A stretch of DNA of 12,395 nt from Promethearchaeota archaeon (GCA_048939765.1 JBHLPF010000034.1:1-12395); one strand, 5' to 3'. Shown: positions 1-8,338, counted from the first letter of the stretch. Made by a program: numbers and translations. The notes: generated by a model not told the origin, from the letters alone.

Positions 1-23
1 TGCATCGCCATCACTATAATTCG

Positions 24-395
24 GTGTTCAAATTGGCTAGTGTCTGTGTGATAGGAGTCTATGTTGATGACATGGACAAAGCGCTGGAGTTTTACTGCAA
101 CATGCTTGGATTCAAGGTGCGACACAAGTATGATGACTGCCTAATCCATCTGGAGAATGAAGGGCCATCATTGATTCTTGAAACGACTGACAAGCCATCT
201 AATGCAAAGTACCCTGGCATGTCTCAAGTGGCATTAGGTATTGAAACGAAGAATGTAGTGGAAACGGCTAGGAAGCTTAGAGATCTCGGTGCCGATGTCA
301 TTCACGAAACTCCTGAGAAGTTCCCAGTGGGAGTCTTTATGGCAGTTCGAGACCCTGCTGGAAATCTGATTGAGCTATTGCAGTTTGATGAGTAA
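24..395 (+). CDS. VOC (glyoxalase/bleomycin resistance) family protein
   Basis: N-terminal IGVYVDDMDKALEFYCNMLGF and C-terminal AVRDPAGNLIELLQ match the VOC-fold signature; 123 aa, GTG start. Confidence 0.9.
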   Translation: MFKLASVCVIGVYVDDMDKALEFYCNMLGFKVRHKYDDCLIHLENEGPSLILETTDKPSNAKYPGMSQVALGIETKNVVETARKLRDLGADVIHETPEKFPVGVFMAVRDPAGNLIELLQFDE

Positions 396-420
396 TATTC
401 AGGTTGAGCGGTTTCTCACC

Positions 421-861
421 TCATCCATGAGATTCTGCTAGGTTGAGCAAGAGTCTCCGCAGATACTGCTCGAATAGAACTATTTCCTCATCTGAGAAGC
501 CACGATAGAACAGATCCGTCATATCCTTTGAAACAGCCAGATACTTGTCGTGAAGTTTCTTCGTCACCTCAGTCAGCTGGACCAATGTTCTGCGTTTATC
601 CATATCAGAAGTCTTCCTCTCGATTAGGCCATCCTTCTCCATCCTATCAAGCATATCCGTCAGGGTCGATTTACCGAGCTGAGTCCTTCTGGTCAACTCT
701 GTAATTGATATATCATCTTCTTGCCAGAGTGCAAATAGAATTCTACCTTGACCGGGACTAATTTTAATCTCATGGTCCTTGAGTTTCTTAGAGAATATTC
801 TTCCAGAAAGATGGTGTATCTTGGTAATTAGAAACCCTCCCTCCCTTATACTCAATGTCAA
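421..861 (-). CDS. MarR family transcriptional regulator
   Basis: ISPGQGRILFALW...SITELTRRTQLGKSTLTDMLDRMEKDGLIER...DKRRTLVQLT is a typical MarR wHTH. TTG at 861 overlaps the upstream stop; TTG at 855, behind GGTGA, is an alternative start. Confidence 0.92.
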   Translation of the reverse strand: MTLSIREGGFLITKIHHLSGRIFSKKLKDHEIKISPGQGRILFALWQEDDISITELTRRTQLGKSTLTDMLDRMEKDGLIERKTSDMDKRRTLVQLTEVTKKLHDKYLAVSKDMTDLFYRGFSDEEIVLFEQYLRRLLLNLAESHG

Positions 862-1325
862 TCACCAAGCTTGATCAGGAAGGTCCTGTTCTGGTTCCAT
901 CCTCTGGCAACTTTCGCATGAAGCCTCAGGACTGTATGATCGGGGTCGTCGTACCCGGTAGGATAGTACCTCTCCATTCCGTCCTCCCATATGGCTTTCT
1001 TCATCGTATTGCCTGGTACTATCTCAAGTGTCCCTCCAAGCATCACCCCTCGCGATTCATCTGGAAGACAATAATATGCTGATGCTTTGGAGCTTGTAGC
1101 TATATTCTCGACCTTTGTAGAGGAGGTATTTGTTGAGAAGATCACGAAGAAATCGTCGTCCTGTTCCGAAAAGAAGGAAATCAGCCTCGGATACTTCTCT
1201 GCATTTCTCAGGTTGTACATGGCTCTAGTCTGCGGGAAACCATCTTTGTCGATGGTCGTGAGGATTACTGGCCACGCTTCACTCACAAGCCTAATACATA
1301 CCTTACGTATTTCATCATCATCCAT
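858..1325 (-). CDS. Pyridoxamine 5'-phosphate oxidase-like / general stress protein 26 (FMN-binding split barrel)
   Basis: LTTIDKDGFPQTRAM, FSTNTSSTKV and KAIWEDGMERYYPTGYDDPD are characteristic motifs. ATG at 1325 follows SD GAGGTGA, preferred over GTG at 1334. Confidence 0.85.
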   Translation of the reverse strand: MDDDEIRKVCIRLVSEAWPVILTTIDKDGFPQTRAMYNLRNAEKYPRLISFFSEQDDDFFVIFSTNTSSTKVENIATSSKASAYYCLPDESRGVMLGGTLEIVPGNTMKKAIWEDGMERYYPTGYDDPDHTVLRLHAKVARGWNQNRTFLIKLGD

Positions 1326-1340
1326 TCGGTTCACCTCGAT

Positions 1341-1386
1341 TATTGGTACGATACCGTACTAAATAGTACGATACCGTACTATTTAA
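1341..1386 (-). promoter_or_regulatory. Tandem palindromic operator (probable MarR sites) overlapping a TATA-like box
   Basis: GTACGATACCGTACT occurs at 1346-1360 and 1366-1380. 1361-1384 is a perfect 10-4-10 inverted repeat (AAATAGTACG-ATAC-CGTACTATTT). TTAAATAG lies on the minus strand at 1386-1379. Confidence 0.75.
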
Positions 1387-1410
1387 GGATTGGTGACAAC
1401 GCAAGGTCAT

Positions 1411-2262
1411 CTACGTCTTGACTGCCCAGAAAATCACAAGCCCTGGAAAAGTTTCATAGGCCCCACATTGGGCGAAATTAGCTTCTATCACTGCCCCCAC
1501 ATCGTTTCCCTCAACCACTCCGAGTTCGGGATAGAGATGTGTAGAGGTCACCCGGATGAATTCTCCCAGACCTGGTTTTGTGGGTTCTTCAAAGAATGCA
1601 AATGGTGCGACGATTCTGAGTGCCCCTCCAACCTTGAGGATGCGTTTGCATTCTGAGATGGCCTGTGGAAAATCATTTCTAGCAGGCACCCCAATCAACC
1701 ATGCCTCCGCAAAACGCTCATTTGGCGAAGCAATATCACAGATATTTCCTTTCATCTCTCTATATTTGATTCCTGTCCGTTTGACCATGGAGGACTCACC
1801 AAGTATGTCGAGTGGATTCCCTTCATTTCTGGTTGCTAGATAATCCACGGTCTTCATGTCCCTCTCCTTGAAACGAGGAAAAGACGCAAGTAGAATTCTT
1901 CCGTCAATTCTGTCTATTGTGCCCACATCTAAAACGTCGTGGAGATAGGTAGCTGCTGTGTGTCGATATGCGTCATAGAAGTGAAGAACGATCTCAATCG
2001 CATCTCTCAGAATCTGACGGAGATGTGTTTCTCCTCTGGGGCCCAATCGATAGACCCGCCTGTCCGGTCCATGAGGTCCTGACTCTCTTCTGCTCTCAAC
2101 GAGTCCTTCTGACTCCAAAGTATGCAACCATCGATACAGAGTGGTCAGTTGAAGCCCTCTTGCTTCTTCAGGCAAGGCATTAAGGAGGTCGTACCCGTGA
2201 TGGGGCGCCTGATCTAATGCGAGCAATATCCGGTTTCTTATCCAATCCTTTGATACCTTCAA
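1411..2262 (-). CDS. PadR-family wHTH regulator fused to a degenerate class I SAM-methyltransferase-like domain
   Basis: N-terminus has HHGYDLL...LYRWLHTLESEGLVESRRESGPHGPDRRVYRLGPRG (PadR). C-terminus has GNICDIASPNERF...AISECKRILKVGGALRIV (MTase post-II/III motifs) but no GxGxG motif I. Confidence 0.8.
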   Translation of the reverse strand: MKVSKDWIRNRILLALDQAPHHGYDLLNALPEEARGLQLTTLYRWLHTLESEGLVESRRESGPHGPDRRVYRLGPRGETHLRQILRDAIEIVLHFYDAYRHTAATYLHDVLDVGTIDRIDGRILLASFPRFKERDMKTVDYLATRNEGNPLDILGESSMVKRTGIKYREMKGNICDIASPNERFAEAWLIGVPARNDFPQAISECKRILKVGGALRIVAPFAFFEEPTKPGLGEFIRVTSTHLYPELGVVEGNDVGAVIEANFAQCGAYETFPGLVIFWAVKT

Positions 2263-2287
2263 GCTATATGCAGCTCCACGTATAGCT
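2262..2287. promoter_or_regulatory. Inverted repeat at the PadR-MTase start; candidate autoregulatory operator
   Basis: AGCTATA (2262-2268) and TATAGCT (2281-2287); it also contains the imperfect 14-mer palindrome AGCTATATGCAGCT (2262-2275). Confidence 0.45.
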
Positions 2288-2344
2288 ACATGGGCATTCG
2301 TACTTATCTTCTCTGCTTCTTTGAATCAATGCGGTGAATAGCTA

Positions 2345-2578
2345 ATGAAATGTGAATCATGTGGAATGACTATGACCAAAGCTGAGGAGTTCGGTGGCGG
2401 GAAATTGGGCAACAAGACTTGCGTCTACTGCAGTGATGGTGAAGGGAATATCAAGCCCAGGAATGAGGTCCGTGAAGGGATGATCAACTTCTGGATGCAA
2501 CGTGAGAACATAGACCGTTCGACGGCCGAGAAGAAAACTGATGAGTACATGAGTATTCAACCTGCTTGGAAGACCTAG
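2345..2578 (+). CDS. Small zinc-ribbon protein (Zn_ribbon_2-like)
   Basis: CESCGMTM...CVYCSDGEG...QPAWK pattern; SD GGTGA upstream. Confidence 0.8.
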   Translation: MKCESCGMTMTKAEEFGGGKLGNKTCVYCSDGEGNIKPRNEVREGMINFWMQRENIDRSTAEKKTDEYMSIQPAWKT

Positions 2579-2641
2579 TCAGAAATGTAGAAAGAAGTCA
2601 TCAAACCTTTGCGAAATATGGATCGGAGAATGGAGGACTAT

Positions 2642-3556
2642 TTAGCCATTGTTCGCAATGCGTCTTGCTTGAAGCACCTGTATCAAAGCCACACAGAGTG
2701 CCATTAGGATTAGGCCAAACCAATCAAGAAGATCAGGCATTTCTCCTAGGAAGACGATGGACAGGATAACAATTTGGGGCAACATCGTGCTATTAATCAC
2801 GGTGATGTCCACAGCTCGAAGAGTTTCCATTGCTCTATTCCATATGGTGAACGCAAAAGCGGTATTCACAACGCTCAACCATAGAATGTACAGGAGCGCC
2901 AGGGGAGTTACGATTGTTATCCCCTCCAGAATCAGACCAGTGACTACCATCAGACACGCACCTATTGTCATACTAGTCCCAGTTATTACCAGAGGCGGTG
3001 CTGCCTGTTCCTTGTTGATTGACCTTCCCAGAATAGATGAGAACGCGTTCGCCAATACACCGATCAAGACCACAATTAGGCCAATGGTCTGTGAGAAGTC
3101 CAAATCCACTGGATAGAAGTATATCATAGCTCCTGCGACAACCAAGAACACCAATACTGTCTGAGTCCTAGTCGGTGTTTCTTTCAGCATCACAATACCC
3201 AGACCAAGCACAACAATCGGCGTCAGGTTGAGTAGCATCGATACTGGTATTGCATCCAGTAGATCAAGCCCAATGAACTGAGCTGCTTGAGTGACTGCCA
3301 CGAAGACGACGCCATAAAGAGCAATCCTCCACCACCATCGCCGGTCCTGCTGCTTGAGTGATAGGCGGTGCGCGGGATTTGACAGCATTAGAACAAGAAG
3401 AATCATCGCTGCAATGGCATAGCGGAGACCTGCGAATGTAATGGGAGGGATTCCCTCCCGCTCGAGACCGAATTTTATGATGACCCAAGAAGATGCCCAA
3501 AGCACCGTCACAAAGAGTGCTTCCACGACAGCTCTGTAGTGTTTCTTGGTTGACAT
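2642..3556 (-). CDS. DMT/EamA family transporter
   Basis: About 10 hydrophobic helices in two repeats; LWASSWVIIKFGL...PPITFAGLRY and FLGE motifs. Start at ATG 3556 (MSTKK) is preferred; the ORF is open to 3613. Confidence 0.9.
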   Translation of the reverse strand: MSTKKHYRAVVEALFVTVLWASSWVIIKFGLEREGIPPITFAGLRYAIAAMILLVLMLSNPAHRLSLKQQDRRWWWRIALYGVVFVAVTQAAQFIGLDLLDAIPVSMLLNLTPIVVLGLGIVMLKETPTRTQTVLVFLVVAGAMIYFYPVDLDFSQTIGLIVVLIGVLANAFSSILGRSINKEQAAPPLVITGTSMTIGACLMVVTGLILEGITIVTPLALLYILWLSVVNTAFAFTIWNRAMETLRAVDITVINSTMLPQIVILSIVFLGEMPDLLDWFGLILMALCVALIQVLQARRIANNG

Positions 3557-3577
3557 ATCTGCACTAAAAACATCAAG

Positions 3578-3623
3578 GTCAGTAGATGGCTCCATTACTT
3601 CGATTACACCCATGTCAGTAGAT
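3578..3623. repeat. 10-bp direct repeat GTCAGTAGAT x2 in the EamA/HTH_10 divergent region
   Basis: Exact copies at 3578-3587 and 3614-3623. Confidence 0.55.
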
Positions 3624-3671
3624 TCATTAGAAACGAATCAATATGATGCCGTCATAAGACGGGTGTATATA

Positions 3672-4316
3672 ATGGTCGTTCAGTGTACTATTGAGGTTGG
3701 CGCAGAGGATTACTATTCCTGTGATCTCACTCGTGAAATCCCGGTTCGTGTGACACTTGTAACCATAAATGGGGATACTGGGTTTGGGATAACTGAATCT
3801 TCAGTTGGTGATGAGGAAGCAATCAAGGACTACATCAAGGGACTTGAGTCTTCTCCAAGCATCAAGGAAGTGAGCATTCTCCACAGGTCTCAGGATGCGT
3901 ATTGGACCAGGGTAGTCCATAGGCTTAGCAAGGCGTCCATACATGAAACAATCCTTGATAGTGGATGCATGACCCGTCTTCCTATTGTTGTGGAACATGG
4001 ACTACAATATCACACCATTCTGGCACCATCCCAAGATACCCTGAGTGAGTTGATTCGATTGCTTCGAAAACGGTTTCCTCATGTCCGTATTAAACGATTG
4101 AGGTCTCAACCAATGTCTTCCTTTAGAATCGCCTTAACAAAGAAACAGAAAGAGGCATTTCTCCTTGCATTTCGGTCAGGCTACTATGAGATGCCTCGCA
4201 AATCGCGCATTGATCAGATGTGCAAGAAGCTCGGCATAAAGCGAGTGGCAATGCAAGAACGACTCCGACGAGCTGAGAGACGAATCATCGCTGAGTTTGT
4301 GGAGACACTACCCTAA
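3672..4316 (+). CDS. Bacterio-opsin-activator-type HTH_10 transcriptional regulator
   Basis: C-terminal [52 protein letters not shown] is the HTH_10 signature. Start is set at ATG 3672 (MVVQC); the longer ORF overlaps EamA. Confidence 0.88.
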   Translation: MVVQCTIEVGAEDYYSCDLTREIPVRVTLVTINGDTGFGITESSVGDEEAIKDYIKGLESSPSIKEVSILHRSQDAYWTRVVHRLSKASIHETILDSGCMTRLPIVVEHGLQYHTILAPSQDTLSELIRLLRKRFPHVRIKRLRSQPMSSFRIALTKKQKEAFLLAFRSGYYEMPRKSRIDQMCKKLGIKRVAMQERLRRAERRIIAEFVETLP

Positions 4317-6316
4317 TGCTCTATCAGTTTCTTGACATGTTTAATGATGTTTTCAACAGTGAATCCATATTTCTCGAATACGATTTCATTCGGAGCAGAA
4401 GCACCAAATGTTTCCACCGCCATTATCGCTCCCTTGTCACCGATCCAACGTTCCCAACCTTGCGACCTGCCAGCCTCTACCGCCAGACGCGCATACACTT
4501 CAGGCGGAAGAACTGAGTTGCGGTAATCTTGACCTTGTTGTTCAAAAAGCTCCCAGCTGGGGAATGAAATTAACCGGACATTGACACCCTCTTTGGATAA
4601 CTTCTCTCCTGCTTTGGTGATTAGGCTGACCTCTGAACCTGTAGCCATTAATATGGCGTCTGGCGGGGCGTCCCCAAGGTCTGCAAGGACATATGCTCCT
4701 CTTGCAAGTCCGCTCGCAGGACTGTATGTGTTGCGATCAAGAATTGGTATCTTTTGCCGAGTCAGCGCCATCAGCGTGGGTCCTCCTGAACGGTTTATGG
4801 CAATCTTCCAAGCTTCAACTACCTCATTTGCATCGCAGGGACGTAGAACAATGATGTCTGGTATGGCACGCAATGCGGCCAATTGCTCAATCGGTTGATG
4901 AGTTGGTCCATCTTCGCCTACCCCTATGCTATCATGAGTGAATACCCAGATGCTTCTGTGCTTCGAGAGGGCAGAAATTCGAATCGCAGGTCGCATGTAA
5001 TCTGAGAATATCAGAAATGTGGCACCGTAAGGAATGAATCCACCATGGGCTGCCATGCCGTTTACAACGGCGCCCATTGCGTGTTCGCGGACCCCGAAGA
5101 AGAAGTTCCGTCCCTCGGGGGATTCCTTCTGAAATGCTGGATGCCCCTTCATCCATGTCTTGTTTGAGCCAGTAAGGTCCGCAGAACCACCGAAAATCTC
5201 TGGAAGATGAGGAGCAAGTGCATTAATCACATCTCCTGAGGGATTCCTTGTTGCGACGCCAGTTTCATCAGCATCATAGTGTGGAAGGTCCTTGTCCCAG
5301 TCCTTGGGAAGTCTGCCTGACATTCGACGTTCAAACTCCCTGGCCAACTCCGTATGCTTCTTCCTGTAGTCTTCCATCTTGGCATCCCAAGTTCTTTCCA
5401 TTTCCTCTCCCCGTTTAATGGAATCTCGGAAGTGTTTCAAAACATCATCAGGAATCAAGAAACGCGGCTCTAAGGGCCACCCAAGGTTCTTTTTCGCTGC
5501 TTCCAGCTCTTCTTCACCTGGAGGCTCCCCATGTGCTTTCGCTGTGTCTTGCTTGTTTGGCATGCCAAAACCAATGTGAGTTCTAACCATGATTATTGAT
5601 GGTCGTTGATCTTCCTTCGCATTTGCAATTGCTTGGTCGATTGCAGCAACATCATTTCCGTCACCTACTGACTGAACATGCCATCCCAGTGACTCGAATC
5701 TGGCACCTCGATGCTCAGTGAAAGTCACGTCAGTACTGCCATCGATTGAGATGCGATTATCATCGTAAAGCAGAATCAGCTTGCCCAGTTGATGGTGTCC
5801 AGCCAATGAGGCAGCCTCATTGGAAATTCCCTCCATCAAATCCCCATCGGTAACTATCGCGTAGGTATAGTGATCGACGATATCATGTCCGGGTCTGTTG
5901 AACACCGCAGCCAGATGCTTCTCAGCAATAGCCATGCCAAGCGCATTGCCCATTCCCTGACCTAGAGGTCCAGTGGTGACTTCCACTCCAGGTGTGCAAT
6001 AGTTTTCAGGATGCCCAGGAGTTCGACAACCCCACTGTCGGAAGTTCTTGATGTCATCGATTGACAAATCATATCCTGTGAGATGAAGGAGTGCATATAG
6101 GAGCATAGAGCCATGTCCACCGGAAAGCACGAATCGGTCACGGTCGAGCCAATCTGGATTCTGTGGATTGAAACGCAGGTGTCTGGTCCAGAGTGTATAT
6201 GCCATGGCTGCTGCGCCCATAGGCATTCCTGGATGTCCTGAGTTTGCCTTCTGCACAGCATCGGCAGCCAAAAATCGAATAGTATTGATTGCTCGGTTTT
6301 GAAGGTCGTCCGACAT
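4313..6316 (-). CDS. tkt: Transketolase, full-length single chain
   Basis: [34 protein letters not shown], the ThDP motif TDGDLMEG...DDN, and [22 protein letters not shown] at 6316 has GGAGG 7 nt upstream. The stop overlaps the convergent HTH_10 stop. Confidence 0.97.
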   Translation of the reverse strand: MSDDLQNRAINTIRFLAADAVQKANSGHPGMPMGAAAMAYTLWTRHLRFNPQNPDWLDRDRFVLSGGHGSMLLYALLHLTGYDLSIDDIKNFRQWGCRTPGHPENYCTPGVEVTTGPLGQGMGNALGMAIAEKHLAAVFNRPGHDIVDHYTYAIVTDGDLMEGISNEAASLAGHHQLGKLILLYDDNRISIDGSTDVTFTEHRGARFESLGWHVQSVGDGNDVAAIDQAIANAKEDQRPSIIMVRTHIGFGMPNKQDTAKAHGEPPGEEELEAAKKNLGWPLEPRFLIPDDVLKHFRDSIKRGEEMERTWDAKMEDYRKKHTELAREFERRMSGRLPKDWDKDLPHYDADETGVATRNPSGDVINALAPHLPEIFGGSADLTGSNKTWMKGHPAFQKESPEGRNFFFGVREHAMGAVVNGMAAHGGFIPYGATFLIFSDYMRPAIRISALSKHRSIWVFTHDSIGVGEDGPTHQPIEQLAALRAIPDIIVLRPCDANEVVEAWKIAINRSGGPTLMALTRQKIPILDRNTYSPASGLARGAYVLADLGDAPPDAILMATGSEVSLITKAGEKLSKEGVNVRLISFPSWELFEQQGQDYRNSVLPPEVYARLAVEAGRSQGWERWIGDKGAIMAVETFGASAPNEIVFEKYGFTVENIIKHVKKLIEH

Positions 6317-6353
6317 TATATGGCCTCCCAACTGAAAGGAGTATACATCATTG

Positions 6354-6398
6354 ACGGTCCGCAAACCCTCCTGCTTTTGGGTATTGCGTCATGACCGC
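6354..6398 (-). other. Stem-loop with AUGA/GA core (K-turn or SECIS-like) between GNAT and tkt
   Basis: Minus strand reads GCGG-UC-AUGA-CGCAAUACCC-AAAAGCAGGA-GGGUUUGCG-GA-CCGU. Confidence 0.35.
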
Positions 6399-6566
6399 GT
6401 AGAGGACAACCCCTATACAACTGTTACCATCAGGCGGGGGTGAATTCAATAATGATATGACTCGGCGTCGATTGGCCACAGACTTTGCACAAAGATCTGA
6501 TGATGAATGTCAACTTCCAAAGTACTAGTATCTCTCAAGTCCATCTTAGGCACGAGAACTGTAATT

Positions 6567-7136
6567 CTATCCCTCACCCACGGTTTTGCCGGGAGGATAC
6601 ATCTCTAGGAACTCATCTTTGAGGATGTCCATAGCCACAAGATCGTGGAACTGACCCTCGGTGAAGTCAGCTTGTCTGAAGGTGCCAATTCTCTTGAAAC
6701 CTGCCTTCTCGTAGGCCTTCTGTGCTCGTTCGTTAAATGAAACTGTGTACAGGTAAATGCTGTTGAGACCCAAGACTTGGAAGCCAATCCAGAGCATGAC
6801 TTTGGCGGCATCTGTTCCGTAGCCCTTCCCCCAATTATCAGGACTATGAATAGCAATTCCAAATTCGGCCCTTTGCGTCTGCTTGCTAATGTCAAATATG
6901 CCCGTCGTTCCCAGAAACTCACTGGTCTTCTTATCTTCGATGACAAGATTGAGCGCCCCGTCCTGCCAAGGCCTTGCTTTCGATGCTTTCTCCAACCACT
7001 CTTTCTCGGCATTTTGAGACATGGGAATTGCACCAGCCAGAAACCTTCGCATCTCAAAGTTGTTCCACCCCTTCATGATATTGTCTAGATCTGACATCTC
7101 CAAGGCGCGGAGTTTGACCTTTTCACCGTAGTACAT
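6567..7136 (-). CDS. GNAT acetyltransferase, RimJ/RimL-like
   Basis: VKLRALEMSD, AEFGIAI, the acetyl-CoA loop NWGKGYGTDA, and NERAQKAYEKAGFKRIG. Confidence 0.92.
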   Translation of the reverse strand: MYYGEKVKLRALEMSDLDNIMKGWNNFEMRRFLAGAIPMSQNAEKEWLEKASKARPWQDGALNLVIEDKKTSEFLGTTGIFDISKQTQRAEFGIAIHSPDNWGKGYGTDAAKVMLWIGFQVLGLNSIYLYTVSFNERAQKAYEKAGFKRIGTFRQADFTEGQFHDLVAMDILKDEFLEMYPPGKTVGEG

Positions 7137-7247
7137 GAGTCCGAAGGGATTGCATTTCTGTTATGAATCCTGCCCTAACCCGTGAGTCAGTACGCTTTTA
7201 TCTTGGTAGTTCACGAATCTCTACATCTCGATAGTGGAGATTATACA

Positions 7248-7616
7248 ATGCAGTTCGAATGGATTGTAGAAATACTATACGCCATGGTGGGCTTTTTGGC
7301 TCTCTTTGGCATTATTATGATTATAGTTAATATCCTAATTCTAGGATGGGCCCTACGCTATGTTGGCGGCACTAACACTGACTTCATGGATGCAGCCATC
7401 TCTGCGATTCTGATCAGTATACTGACCGCGTTCATCCCATGCCTTGGGTGTATAATCAGTCTATACATCCTAACATTGCGTCACAAAATCGGATGGGGGT
7501 CAGCACTTATTGCGTGGATTATTGCAGCACTCATCTCAATAGTTGTAGCAATCCTCGTCTTCATCATGTTCTTTGGAGGATTCGGCGCATTCCTTGCCCT
7601 CTTTCCATTCATATAG
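7248..7616 (+). CDS. Hypothetical membrane protein (3-4 TM)
   Basis: Very hydrophobic ORF; ATG at 7248 (MQFEW) is preceded by GGAG. Confidence 0.7.
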   Translation: MQFEWIVEILYAMVGFLALFGIIMIIVNILILGWALRYVGGTNTDFMDAAISAILISILTAFIPCLGCIISLYILTLRHKIGWGSALIAWIIAALISIVVAILVFIMFFGGFGAFLALFPFI

Positions 7617-7651
7617 GCCGCGGACTGGATTAGGGTACTCTTGGAAGTAGA

Positions 7652-8338
7652 ATGGTGATGGAAAAGGAAGGCGGAGAACCAGAGAAGACTCCCTGTGAAG
7701 AGGTCCTCATGGACGAACTGCGAGGCCCTCTGAGATTCAACATGAGGCTCATTCTCCGCCAACCTTTGAAATTCCTCAGATCACTTGGCCCTCTTCTGAC
7801 ATCACACCATCCTTTTTGCACTGTATATGAGGCTCATCTGTTCACACTGAGAGGAAGAAAGTGGTGTATTGGGTGCTTCTTCAATTCTCTCTCTTTCTTC
7901 CTGGCGTTGGGCCTCCTAATTGTATCCACCATTGCAGTTCCCATGATGATTGATAGATCCTTTCTCTTCTGGGGTGGAGTGGTTCTCATTTCGGTGTCAT
8001 TTGCGATGAGTGTTCTGCATCTAACTGAGAACAAGCAGCTTAAAGTTCTCTCAAAGCTGCTTCTAGGTTCTTCATTTGCCTGTGTCAGTTGGGCGGTTCT
8101 CCTTGCAGACGGTCTTATGACAAACCTAGAGATGAAGTTCGCATTGATTTTCTCACTCTATCTCATTGTAGTTCTTATCTTGGGATTCCGAAGAGTTGTT
8201 GAAGTTGAGAAAGAGTGTAAGGCATGCGAGTATGGAATGAGATGGAGTAAGTGTCCCGGTTTTAAGGGCATCCTGTGTCCGCTTATTGACCACAAATTCC
8301 TCTTCCCTGAGTCACCTTCTCAACCAATCTCCGACTGA
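7652..8338 (+). CDS. Hypothetical membrane protein with His/Cys metal-binding clusters
   Basis: HHPFC-x5-H...CIGC before about 4 TM helices and CKAC...CPGF...CP after them; loosely reminiscent of DUF2085. Confidence 0.72.
   Translation: MVMEKEGGEPEKTPCEEVLMDELRGPLRFNMRLILRQPLKFLRSLGPLLTSHHPFCTVYEAHLFTLRGRKWCIGCFFNSLSFFLALGLLIVSTIAVPMMIDRSFLFWGGVVLISVSFAMSVLHLTENKQLKVLSKLLLGSSFACVSWAVLLADGLMTNLEMKFALIFSLYLIVVLILGFRRVVEVEKECKACEYGMRWSKCPGFKGILCPLIDHKFLFPESPSQPISD

Noticed and set aside
1346-1380. Repeat considered as a mini CRISPR array
   Set aside because: Only two 15-bp units with a 5-bp gap and no cas genes; it fits an operator.
3546-3671. N-terminal extension of the HTH_10 ORF (and similar extensions of tkt, sor and the 7182 ORF)
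   Set aside because: The extensions overlap divergent genes or promoter DNA. Downstream ATGs match family length, and for tkt, sor and 7248 they also have SD motifs.
6451-6560. C/D box sRNA (ATGATGA near 6500, CTGA at 6497)
   Set aside because: The boxes are in the wrong order and there is no downstream D box at a suitable distance.
6317-6566. TPP riboswitch upstream of the ThDP-dependent transketolase
   Set aside because: The conserved CUGAGA and ACCUGA...UAAU elements were not found in the right arrangement on the minus strand.
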